From: Acidobacteriota bacterium | GTDB lineage: Bacteria > Acidobacteriota > Vicinamibacteria > Fen-336 | Length of the DNA: 64,000 nt | Assembly (NCBI GenBank): GCA_032127875.1 | Contig: JAQBHI010000049.1 | Span: 40,150-104,149, forward strand | Direction of reading: 5' to 3' | Shown here: piece by piece, positions 18,765-31,526 of the stretch | How positions within the stretch are numbered: position 1 is the first letter of the stretch | Layout of the letters: each line of letters opens with the position of its first letter | Translations under genes and position numbers: made by a program | Notes under the pieces: model-generated | What the model was told of the DNA's origin: nothing | The model's database searches: none | The model's input: the letters and a program-made list of their open reading frames with translations, nothing else

Positions 18765-19055
18765 GTGCCCGAGGCCTTCGACATCACCTGCCCGTGCTGC
18801 TCGGCCCTGCTCAAGGTCGACCCCGAGACCGGAGCGATCGTCTGGGTCGAGCAGAAGAAGGCTCCGGCCAGGGACTTCGACGACCTGGTGAACCGGGTGC
18901 ACTCGCAAAAGAGCCAGCTCGACGAGAAGTTCGCGCGCTCGGTCGAACAGACGAAGAACGCGAAGCAGATCCTCGAGAAGAAGTTCGAGGAGGCTCGGCG
19001 GCGTGCCGAGGCCGACCCGACCAAGCGCCCACCCAGCCCCTTCGACAACGAGTAG
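18765..19055 (+). CDS. Small zinc-ribbon protein (CPCC motif), hypothetical
   Basis: 96 aa. N-terminal C-P-C-C, K/E-rich helical C-terminus. Divergent from bfd. Confidence 0.45.
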   Translation: MPEAFDITCPCCSALLKVDPETGAIVWVEQKKAPARDFDDLVNRVHSQKSQLDEKFARSVEQTKNAKQILEKKFEEARRRAEADPTKRPPSPFDNE

Positions 19056-19062
19056 GCGGAGA

Positions 19063-19584
19063 ATGCCGGAGGGCAGGGCGCTGTCGCTGTGGCTGGCTGG
19101 CCTGTGGCTGGGCCTGCTGCTGGCCTCCTGGGTTTCGGCTACAGCCAGCTTCCGCAGCGTCGATCACGTGCTCGGACCCGGGCAGCGGCCCGAGTTGGAG
19201 ACGCGGCTGAGCGCGGTCGCTGCTGGCGATCGCCGCCTGGTCCTGCGCTACCTGGCGGCCGAGATCAACCGCTGGATGTTCCGGCGCTGGGGTGTCGCCC
19301 AACTGGCACTGAGCCTCGCCCTGCTCGCAGCCGCGTGGCGCGGCGGGGCGGCGCTGCGGACGATTCTGGGGTTGGCGCTCGCGATCGTCGTCGTGCAGTC
19401 GCTGGCGCTCGCACCCCCGATCGAGTCGCTGGGCCGCTCCATCGATTTCGTGCCTCGCCCGCTGCCTCCTGAGATCGCCCGCCGCTTCGGCCTGCTGCAT
19501 GCCGGGTTCGTCGGCCTCGACCTCGTCAAGGCGCTGCTGCTCGCTGCGGCGGGATACCTGCTCGCGTGCCGGCCGTTCCCTTGA
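19063..19584 (+). CDS. Integral membrane protein, hypothetical
   Basis: Start taken at the internal ATG (MPEGRALSLWLAG...). Four hydrophobic helices. Its stop is 5 nt before the GT2 start. Confidence 0.5.
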   Translation: MPEGRALSLWLAGLWLGLLLASWVSATASFRSVDHVLGPGQRPELETRLSAVAAGDRRLVLRYLAAEINRWMFRRWGVAQLALSLALLAAAWRGGAALRTILGLALAIVVVQSLALAPPIESLGRSIDFVPRPLPPEIARRFGLLHAGFVGLDLVKALLLAAAGYLLACRPFP

Positions 19585-19589
19585 ACTCG

Positions 19590-20581
19590 TGACATCCGTC
19601 TCCGTGATCGTTCCGGTCAGGGACGCGGCGGCTTTCCTGGAGCGGACGCTGCCGCCGCTGATCGCGAGCCTGCCAGAGGGCGCCGAGCTGATCGTGAGCG
19701 ACGATGCGTCGGACGACGCCTCCGCGGCCGTAGCGCGGACACACGGCGCGCGTGTGGTCAGCCATCCCACTGCGACTGGCCCGGCCGCCGCCAGAAACCG
19801 CGGCGCGAACGCGGCCCTGGGCGCGATCCTGGTGTTTCTCGACGCGGATGTCCGCGTTCACACCGACACCCTCGCGCGACTCCTCGGCGCCTTCCGGGAC
19901 CCCGCGATCGTGGCTGCCTTTGGTTCCTACGACGCCACGCCCGAGGCCCGTTCCTGGATCAGCCTTTACAAGAACCTGGCCCACCATTTCGTCCACCAGC
20001 GCTCGAGCGGAGAGGCCTCGACGTTCTGGGCGGGTTGCGGGGCGATCCGCGCCTCCGTCTTCCGCGCGCTGGGCGGCTTCGATGAGGCGTACCGACGGCC
20101 GTCGATCGAGGACGTGGAGCTGGGCTACCGGTTGCGCGCCCGCGGCCATCGCACCCGCCTGCTGCCTACGGCGCAGGTCACGCATCTCAAGGAATGGTCG
20201 CTCGTGAGCTGGCTGCGCGCCGATTTCGCCGACCGGGCGGTGCCTTGGGCCAGGCTACTGCGCGAGGGACGCGGCCTACCCTGCGAGCTCAACTTCACCG
20301 GGCTGGACCGGGCCGCGTCGCTGCTGGTCGCCCTCGGCTGCGCCGGCCTGCTTACCGGAGCGTTCGTCCCCCTGGCGCCGCTCAGCGGCGTGGCTGCGTT
20401 CGCACTCGCACTCGCCCTCGATGCGCGCTTTCTCGGTTTTTGCATGCAGCGAGCGGGCATTCCATTTGCGCTCGCCGCCGCCGGCCTCCAGCTGCTGCAC
20501 CGCATCGCTGGCCTCATCGGGCTTCTGGTCGGCTTCGCAACGCCTGGCCCGCGCCTTGCCTCGACCCCGCCATCCACCTAA
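19590..20581 (+). CDS. Glycosyltransferase family 2 with C-terminal membrane helices
   Basis: VSVIVPVRDAAAFLERTL ... SDDASDD ... FLDADV (DXD) ... SIEDVELGYR. GTG start just after the upstream stop. Confidence 0.75.
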
Positions 20582-20620
20582 GATCGCCTGGGGCTCGTTT
20601 CCATTGGAGGTCAGCGAAGC

Positions 20621-21109
20621 ATGAAGCGTCGATTGTTCCTTTCGTCATCCCTCATCGTCCTGGCCACGCTACCCGTCTTCGCGCATGGCGTGGCGCGCGG
20701 CGAAGCGAAGGCAACCGTGGCGGGCAAAGCCGTCTCGATCGAGTACGGGCGCCCCAGCTTGCAAGGCCGCGACGTGCTGAGCCTCGCGACGGCAGGCGAG
20801 CCGTGGCGCATGGGCGCTGACGCCGCGACCACGCTCACCACCGCAGCGGAGCTCGCCTTCGGCACCGTCGCCGTGCCCAAGGGCAGCTACATCCTGACGG
20901 CCACGAAGGACGACAAGGGCGGCTGGACGCTCAACGTCCGCGACAAGGCCGATCGCAAGAACGTGATCGCGAACGTTCCGCTCAGCTCTGCCGCTCTCAC
21001 CGAGAGCGTCGATCTGTTGACGGTCGAACTCAAGGGCGAGAAGGACAAGGGCAGCTTCACGATGAGTTGGGGGACCGCGGCCTTCTCGGCAAGCTTCACG
21101 GGGAAGTAG
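20621..21109 (+). CDS. Secreted protein with signal peptide, hypothetical
   Basis: ATG with GGAGG 10 nt upstream. Signal peptide MKRRLFLSSSLIVLATLPVFAHG. 162 aa. Confidence 0.55.
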   Translation: MKRRLFLSSSLIVLATLPVFAHGVARGEAKATVAGKAVSIEYGRPSLQGRDVLSLATAGEPWRMGADAATTLTTAAELAFGTVAVPKGSYILTATKDDKGGWTLNVRDKADRKNVIANVPLSSAALTESVDLLTVELKGEKDKGSFTMSWGTAAFSASFTGK

Positions 21110-21129
21110 CCGCGCCGGACTAGGGGCGC

Positions 21130-23160
<2,031 letters not shown>

Positions 23161-23201
23161 GAGGAGGTCCAAGGTTCAGTCTCCTTCGTCCGAAAAAGGG
23201 G

Positions 23202-23900
23202 CTAGGTCCTGTGCTGCGGGCCGGCCGAGGCGCCAGCCTTCCGTTCCGTGTAGACCGTCCACGCGATCGGCACGACGGAGAGGAACACTACCACTAGCGC
23301 GATCTTGTCGATGTTTGCAGCGAGATCGAAGCCGGGCCAGAAGCGATGCAGCAGCGGCGGGAGCAGGTAGCCGGCCAGCACCATGCTCCACACCCAGCTG
23401 AAGGCGCCGAGCACGTTCCAGGCCGCGAACGTCCGGAACGGCATCTTCGTCACCCCGGCGACGATGGGCGCGAAGGTTCGAACGATCGGCACCCAACGCC
23501 CCGCGACGATGAAGAAAGTGCCCCAACGCTCGTAGAAGCGCTCGGTCCGCTGAAGGTAGGCCTGCTTGAAGATGGGAATGCCCAGGAAGGCCACGTCCCT
23601 CCAGGTGTAGAGCGCGCGACCAAACCAGCTGCCGAGCCAGTAGCCTACCTGGTCGCCCAGCACGCCGAAGACGGGAACGACGGTGAGCAGGAGCGGCAGC
23701 GACAGCAGCGGCCGCCCCGAAGCGCCGGGCGTGGCGGCGAAGATGCCGCAGAGCACGAGCATCGAGTCGCCCGGCAGCAGGGCGAAGAAGCCCGTCTCCG
23801 CGAAAATCACCAGGCAGATGGCCGGCAGGCCACCCGTCTGGATCAGCCACTGAATGCCCTCGGGCTTCAGCAGCCACAGCAGCTTTTCAACAAGCTCCAA
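23202..23900 (-). CDS. DedA-family (VTT/SNARE-associated) membrane protein
   Basis: DedA core (FAETGFFALLPGDSMLV ... GRWVPIVRTFAPIVAGV). Confidence 0.8.
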   Translation of the reverse strand: MELVEKLLWLLKPEGIQWLIQTGGLPAICLVIFAETGFFALLPGDSMLVLCGIFAATPGASGRPLLSLPLLLTVVPVFGVLGDQVGYWLGSWFGRALYTWRDVAFLGIPIFKQAYLQRTERFYERWGTFFIVAGRWVPIVRTFAPIVAGVTKMPFRTFAAWNVLGAFSWVWSMVLAGYLLPPLLHRFWPGFDLAANIDKIALVVVFLSVVPIAWTVYTERKAGASAGPQHRT

Positions 23901-23982
23901 GGCGGTCTTCTCCTGCGTGCCGGTTGGAAAAGTCCAGTTCGAGCCTCGAAGTCCGGCCGCGAAGCGGCGTCGCTCGCATCCC

Positions 23983-26145
<2,163 letters not shown>

Positions 26146-26338
26146 GGCAGTCACCTAAACGGCTGATCTACTCTTGAAGGGGACCGGGGCGGATAAGCCG
26201 AGCCGCCCGCCCTCGTCAAGGTCCAGCAGGCCACGCCTCAGCCCTGGCTCCCCTGGCGGAGCGGCGGATTCATTCCGGCGCGTAGCGGTCGGGGGGAGCC
26301 CGAGGGCGCGGGGGGCATGGGTCCGTACCCCCGGGTTC

Positions 26339-27712
26339 TTAGTGAGCTGCCGACAGTTCCTTCACCAGCCCTGTGACAAAGGCCTTGGCGTCGCCAAACA
26401 GCATCAGCGTCTTGTCGAGGTAGAACAGTTCGTTTTCGATGCCCGCAAAACCGTGGCTCATGCCGCGCTTGATGACCATCACGGTGCGGGCTTTGTCCAC
26501 ATCGAGGATCGGCATGCCGTAGACGGGGCTGCCCTTGTCGTGGCGCGCCGCCGGGTTCGTCACGTCGTTGGCGCCGATCACCAGTGCGACGTCGGCCTGG
26601 CCCATTTCCGGGTTCGCGTCCTCCATCTCGAGCAGCTTGTCGTACGGGACGTCCGCCTCGGCCAGCAGCACGTTCATGTGGCCAGGCATGCGCCCGGCCA
26701 CTGGGTGGATCGCGTAGCGCACCTGGACGCCCTTCCTGGCGAGTGCATCGGCCAGTTCGCGAACCTTGTGCTGGGCCTGGGCCACGGCCATGCCGTAACC
26801 GGGAACGATCATCACCGAAGTTGCCGCCTCGAGTATCCCCGCGGCCTCCTCGGGGGTCGCGCTGCGCACCGTCTTCTGCTCGCCCGCCGCGGCCGTGGCC
26901 CGGACTTGGCCGAAGGCGCCGAACAGCACGTTCGTGAACGAGCGATTCATGGCCTTGCACATGATGACCGACAGGATCAGGCCCGAAGAGCCGTCGAGCG
27001 AACCCGCTATGATCAGCAGCTTGTTGTCCAGCACGAAGCCCATCGCCGCCGCGGCCAGGCCCGCGTAGGAGTTGAGCAGCGAGATCACGGTCGGCATGTC
27101 GGCGCCGCCGATCGGGATGATGAACAGCACCCCGAAGACGAGAGCCAGCGCCGCCATGGCCGGGAACAAGGCGCTCTTCGTCGGGTCGAGGACGAGCAGC
27201 ACGGCGACGACGCCGGCGGCGGCGAAGATCGAGAGGTTGACCAGGTTCTGCCCGCGGTAGATGATCGGCCGCGTCGGCAAGAGTTCCTGGAGCTTGCCAA
27301 ACGCCATCAGGCTCGCAGTGAAGGTGAGGAAGCCGAGCACTACCTCGAGCGCGAGTGCCGCCATCGTGAAGCGGCTGAGCTCGTGGGCGCGGAGGTAGTA
27401 CTCGGCCGTGCCGACCAGTGCCGCGGCCAGAGCGCCGAAGGCGTGCGAGAGGGCCGTCCGCTGTGGCACAGCCGTCATCGGCATCATCGCCATCGGCACG
27501 CCGATCACAGTACCCAGGACGAAGGCGACCGCGATCCACCGGTAGCTGACGATTTCCGGCAGGGCGAGCGTCCCACCGATGGCGAGGGCCATGCCCAGGG
27601 CGCCGACCAGCACGCCGCGGCGGGCGGTCGCAACGGACGAGAGCCACTTGAGCGCCAGGATGAAGGCGGCGGCGGCGGCGAGGTAGACGATCTCTATGAA
27701 GCTGTGGGTCAC
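26339..27712 (-). CDS. pntB: NAD(P) transhydrogenase subunit beta
   Basis: Full-length PntB (membrane N-terminal half plus dIII NADP(H) domain GMPILDVDKARTVMVIKRG). GTG start overlaps the alpha2 stop. Confidence 0.9.
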   Translation of the reverse strand: MTHSFIEIVYLAAAAAFILALKWLSSVATARRGVLVGALGMALAIGGTLALPEIVSYRWIAVAFVLGTVIGVPMAMMPMTAVPQRTALSHAFGALAAALVGTAEYYLRAHELSRFTMAALALEVVLGFLTFTASLMAFGKLQELLPTRPIIYRGQNLVNLSIFAAAGVVAVLLVLDPTKSALFPAMAALALVFGVLFIIPIGGADMPTVISLLNSYAGLAAAAMGFVLDNKLLIIAGSLDGSSGLILSVIMCKAMNRSFTNVLFGAFGQVRATAAAGEQKTVRSATPEEAAGILEAATSVMIVPGYGMAVAQAQHKVRELADALARKGVQVRYAIHPVAGRMPGHMNVLLAEADVPYDKLLEMEDANPEMGQADVALVIGANDVTNPAARHDKGSPVYGMPILDVDKARTVMVIKRGMSHGFAGIENELFYLDKTLMLFGDAKAFVTGLVKELSAAH

Positions 27713-28092
27713 TTCTTCCCGCCGTCACGCCTCTTGAACATGCCAACCATGCGCCATGTGATCAGGAAGCCGCCGACGACGTTGATCATCGACGCGGTCA
27801 CCGCGGCGGTGCCGAGCAGCGTGCTGAGGCTCGTTTCCTGACGGCCCGCAATCACGATCGAGCCGACGACCGCGATCGCCGAGATCGCGTTCGTCAGGGA
27901 CATGAGCGGGGTGTGGAGCAGGGGCGAGACGCGCTTGATGATCTCGAAGCCGATGAACGTCGCGAGCAGCAGGATGTAGAGCAGCGGGAGCAGGTCTTGC
28001 AGCGGGGTCTCCTTGGAAGTGGCCTTCGGCCTATTTATTGGCGTCCTGGCGTCGCAGCTTCGCGAGCACGCTGTGCTGACGCCCGTAGCCAA
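27709..28092 (-). CDS. pntA: NAD(P) transhydrogenase subunit alpha part 2 (membrane, PntAB); start uncertain
   Basis: C-terminal 97 aa match PntA-alpha2 (LLPLLYILLLATFIGFEIIKRVSPLLHTPLMSLTNAISAI ... WRMVGMF). The ORF-track start is TTG at 28092. AAGGAG lies at 28009-28014 with a CTG at 28000-28002. Confidence 0.7.
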   Translation of the reverse strand: MATGVSTACSRSCDARTPINRPKATSKETPLQDLLPLLYILLLATFIGFEIIKRVSPLLHTPLMSLTNAISAIAVVGSIVIAGRQETSLSTLLGTAAVTASMINVVGGFLITWRMVGMFKRRDGGKK

Positions 28093-29569
28093 AGTAGATG
28101 GCGAAGCCGAGCGCGAGCCAGACGAACAGCCGCAGCCAGTTTTCGCTCGGGAGCGAGAACATCAGCATCAGGCAAAGCAGGATGCCCGCCACCGGAGAGA
28201 AGCTGCCCAGCGGCGCGCGGAACGGTCGCTCGGCGTTCGGGTTCGTGATGCGCATGATCAGCACGGCGCCGCACACGATAACGAACGCGAGCAGCGTGCC
28301 GATGTTCACGAGCTCAGCGAGAATGCGTAGCGGGACGAGCGCCCCGACGACGCCCACGAAGGCGCCGGTGAGGATGGTGGACTTCCAGGGCGTCCGAAAC
28401 TTCTCGTGGACTGCGCCGAAGAAGCTCTCGGGCAGCAGGCCGTCGCGCGCCATCGCCAGGAACACCCGCGGCTGGCTGAGCATCATCACGAGCAGCACGG
28501 AGGTGATCCCGGCCAGCGCCCCGGCCGAGACCAGCAGCTGGATCCACGGCAGCCCGACTTGCTTGAAGGCGTCGGAAACGGGCGCGTCGATGTTGATCTT
28601 GGCATACGGCACCATCCCCGTCAGCACGGCCGACACGGCGATGTAGAGCACGGTGCACAGGACCAGCGATGCGATGATGCCGATGGGCACGTCGCGCGAA
28701 GGATTCTTCGCCTCCTCGGCATGCGTCGAGATCGAGTCGAACCCGATGTAGGCGAAGAAGATCGTGGCGGCCGCGGCCAGCATGCCGAGCGGCTCGCCGC
28801 CCTTACCCGTCTCGCCGATCACCGTGTGGCCGAACACCGCGAGGCCGGAGTAGCCAAAGGGCGCGAACGGATGCCAGTTGGCCGGGTCGACGTAAAAGGC
28901 TCCGACGCCGATCACGATGAAGACGACCGCCAGCTTGATCACGACCATCGTCGTATTGAAAGTCGCGCTCTCCTGGATGCCCTTGACCAGCACCACCGTC
29001 ACGGCGAGCGCGATCAGCAGCGCAGGCAGGTCGAAGAGCGTCCCGGTGGCCGAGACCAGCCCGGTCGCCGGGTCGAAGTCGAAGGGCGCGTTGGTAAGGG
29101 CGTGCGGAACGTGGAAGTTCAAGCTGATCGCAGTGAGGACGCCCTGGACGTACTGATTTTCCAGCAGGTCCTGAAAGTAGTGGGACCAGCCGTGGGCCAC
29201 CGTGGCCGAGGCGACCGCGTATTCGAGGATCAGGTCCCAGCCGATGATCCAGGCGAACAACTCGCCCAGCGTTGCATACGCATAGGTATACGCCGAGCCC
29301 GCCACGGGAGCCATGGAAGCGAACTCCGCGTAGCACAGCGCCGCGAAGATACAGGCGAGGCCGGAGACCACGAACGAGAGCATCAGGGCGGGGCCGGCCT
29401 TGTCATGAGCCGCGACGCCGGTGAGCACGAAGATGCCGGTGCCGATGATGGCGCCGACGCCGAGGCTCGTGAGTTGGACCGGGCCGAGCACCCGGCGCAG
29501 GCGATTATCGCCCTTCGCTTCCTCGAGCAGCATGCTGAGCGGCTTGCGCGCAAACAATGGACCGGACAA
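28031..29569 (-). CDS. Amino acid permease (APC superfamily, CAT/YhdG-like)
   Basis: 12-TM APC signature (LGVGAIIGTGIFVLTG ...). TTG start at 29569, or ATG at 29533. Confidence 0.85.
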   Translation of the reverse strand: MSGPLFARKPLSMLLEEAKGDNRLRRVLGPVQLTSLGVGAIIGTGIFVLTGVAAHDKAGPALMLSFVVSGLACIFAALCYAEFASMAPVAGSAYTYAYATLGELFAWIIGWDLILEYAVASATVAHGWSHYFQDLLENQYVQGVLTAISLNFHVPHALTNAPFDFDPATGLVSATGTLFDLPALLIALAVTVVLVKGIQESATFNTTMVVIKLAVVFIVIGVGAFYVDPANWHPFAPFGYSGLAVFGHTVIGETGKGGEPLGMLAAAATIFFAYIGFDSISTHAEEAKNPSRDVPIGIIASLVLCTVLYIAVSAVLTGMVPYAKINIDAPVSDAFKQVGLPWIQLLVSAGALAGITSVLLVMMLSQPRVFLAMARDGLLPESFFGAVHEKFRTPWKSTILTGAFVGVVGALVPLRILAELVNIGTLLAFVIVCGAVLIMRITNPNAERPFRAPLGSFSPVAGILLCLMLMFSLPSENWLRLFVWLALGFAIYFGYGRQHSVLAKLRRQDANK

Positions 29570-29624
29570 GGAGGCCCCCCCTTCGGGCGCCCCATACGAT
29601 GCTTCCGCTCGCGCGCCGCGTCAA

Positions 29625-29656
29625 GCGCCCCCGCCCCGGGGCGCTTTGCTTTTTGC
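29625..29656 (+). terminator. Terminator-like hairpin plus T-tract in the 5' leader of the NSS transporter gene (attenuator candidate)
   Basis: GCGCCCC-(6 nt loop)-GGGGCGC followed by TTTGCTTTTTG, about 70 nt upstream of the transporter start. No upstream plus-strand gene exists for it to terminate. Confidence 0.4.
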
Positions 29657-29720
29657 GCTCGCTCCCTTATTCTCCCGGCGTCCTCAATCTCGAGAATGTT
29701 GAGCTCGTCACGCTAAAGGG

Positions 29721-31319
29721 GTGAGCATGTCGCAGCAGAAGCAGGAGTGGGGCACGCGGCTCGGCGTTATTCTCGCCGTGTCCGGGTCCGCCGTCGGGCT
29801 TGGTAACTTCCTGCGTTTCCCGGGCCAGGCGGCCGCCAACGGCGGCGGCGCCTTCATGATCCCCTACTTCTGCGCGCTCTTGTTCCTGGGCATCCCGATC
29901 GGCTGGGCCGAGTGGACCATGGGCCGTTACGGCGGCAGGAAAGGGGTCCATTCCGCGCCTGCCGTGATGGGCATCATCGGCAAGGGCCGCCTGGCCCGCT
30001 ACCTCGGCGTCGTCGGCGTGCTGATTCCGCTGGCGGTGTCGTTCTACTACACGTACATTGAGGCCTGGTGCCTGGGCTACACGTGGAGCTACCTCACCGG
30101 TGGCATCGGCGTGGTCACGAACGCCCCGGTCGCCGAGCAGACGGCGCGCGCGGCGCAGTTCTACAGCGAGCTGACCGGCCGTGAGCATGACGGTGTGCTG
30201 GCGAGCGGGTCATACCGGACGTTCGTCTTCTGGGCGATCACCTTCGGGATCAACATCTGGCTGGTCTACCGCGGTATCTCGAAGGGCATCGAGAAGTTCT
30301 GCTCGTGGGCCATGCCGGCGATGGCGGTGTGTGCGCTGATCGTGCTGGTCCGCGTGCTCACGCTGGGGACGCCCGACTCGAGCCTGCCCGACCAGAACGT
30401 GGTCAACGGGCTCGGCTACATGTGGAACCCGAACCTCGAGGCCCTCGGAAACCCGCAGACCTGGCTCGCCGCCGCCGGCCAGATCTTCTTCAGCTTGTCG
30501 GTCGGCTTCGGCGTGATCATCAATTACGCGTCCTATATGAAGAAGAAGGACGACGTCGTGCTCTCGGGCCTCACCTCCTCGGCCACGAACGAGTTGTTCG
30601 AGGTGGGCTTCGGCGGGCTCATCACGCTCACGGCCGCCTTCGTTTTCCTGGGACTTTCTGGAACGGCGGCCGCGGTGTCCGGCGGGAGTTTCGGGCTCGG
30701 CTTCACAACCCTGCCGGTCGTCTTCGCTCACATGGGAGCCTTCGGCAACGTGATCGGCGCGGTGTGGTTCTTCATGCTGTTCCTGGCAGCGATCACCAGC
30801 TCGATCTCGATGTATCAGCCTTCGCTCGCGTTCTTCGAGGAATCGCTCGGAGCGTCGCACAAGGCGGCCACCAGTCTGGTGGTCGGCGTCTGCATGATCG
30901 GCTCGTTCCTCGTGATGTACTACAGCGAGGGCGGCGTCTTCTGGAGCACCATCGACGACTGGGTCGGCACGTTCCTGATCTTCATACTGGCGATGGTCCA
31001 GATCATCTTCTTCAGCTGGGTCTTCGGCATCGAGCGCGGCTGGCGCGAAGCGCACCAGGGCGCCCAGATCCGGATCCCGGGGATCTACAAGTTCATCATG
31101 AAGTTCGTCGCGCCGATCTACCTGATCGTGGTGTTCGTCGCCTTCTGCAAGTCGAACCTGCCGGCCTGGATCCAGGCGGTCCGCGACGACCCCGCGCGGC
31201 AGGGGGCCTTGGCGCTGATTACGGCCACGACGCTTCTGCTGGTGGTGTGCACCTATCTCGGAGAGAAGCGCTGGCGCGCGGCGGGAATCGACCTGGACGG
31301 AGACAAACCGGCGGACTGA
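29721..31319 (+). CDS. Sodium-dependent transporter, neurotransmitter:sodium symporter (NSS/SNF) family
   Basis: NSS N-terminus GTRLGVILAVSGSAVGLGNFLRFP, 12 TM. GTG at 29721 or ATG at 29727. Confidence 0.9.
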   Translation: MSMSQQKQEWGTRLGVILAVSGSAVGLGNFLRFPGQAAANGGGAFMIPYFCALLFLGIPIGWAEWTMGRYGGRKGVHSAPAVMGIIGKGRLARYLGVVGVLIPLAVSFYYTYIEAWCLGYTWSYLTGGIGVVTNAPVAEQTARAAQFYSELTGREHDGVLASGSYRTFVFWAITFGINIWLVYRGISKGIEKFCSWAMPAMAVCALIVLVRVLTLGTPDSSLPDQNVVNGLGYMWNPNLEALGNPQTWLAAAGQIFFSLSVGFGVIINYASYMKKKDDVVLSGLTSSATNELFEVGFGGLITLTAAFVFLGLSGTAAAVSGGSFGLGFTTLPVVFAHMGAFGNVIGAVWFFMLFLAAITSSISMYQPSLAFFEESLGASHKAATSLVVGVCMIGSFLVMYYSEGGVFWSTIDDWVGTFLIFILAMVQIIFFSWVFGIERGWREAHQGAQIRIPGIYKFIMKFVAPIYLIVVFVAFCKSNLPAWIQAVRDDPARQGALALITATTLLLVVCTYLGEKRWRAAGIDLDGDKPAD

Positions 31320-31338
31320 AGAAGGAGGCCGCGGACCA

Positions 31339-31473
31339 ATGAGCGCACTGGGCTGGATTTTCCTCGCGAGCTCGCTCAGCTTCGTTTGGGGGCTGGCGGG
31401 TTGGTGCTACTACAAGATTCTCTCGGCTCCCGTAGAACCGCCGGACGAAGTGCAGCGCTTCCACGGCGCCTGA
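31339..31473 (+). CDS. Small single-TM protein, MetS-like companion subunit of the NSS transporter (not in the ORF track)
   Basis: 44-aa ORF MSALGWIFLASSLSFVWGLAGWCYYKILSAPVEPPDEVQRFHGA. ATG preceded by GAAGGAGG about 10 nt upstream, 20 nt after the NSS stop. Confidence 0.55.
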   Translation: MSALGWIFLASSLSFVWGLAGWCYYKILSAPVEPPDEVQRFHGA

Positions 31474-31478
31474 GTTCA

Positions 31479-31500
31479 GGGCCCCGGTTTCCCGGGGCCC
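31479..31500. terminator. Perfect 9-bp GC hairpin between convergent genes (bidirectional terminator candidate)
   Basis: GGGCCCCGG-TTTC-CCGGGGCCC between the MetS-like ORF (+) and the BON gene (-). Confidence 0.45.
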
Positions 31501-31526
31501 CGTTCACGCAGCTTGCAGCCGCGGGC

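Noticed and set aside
26174-27841. 555-aa plus-strand ORF opposite pntB
   Set aside because: It is antisense to an unambiguous PntB gene. The composition is R/G/H-rich and not protein-like.
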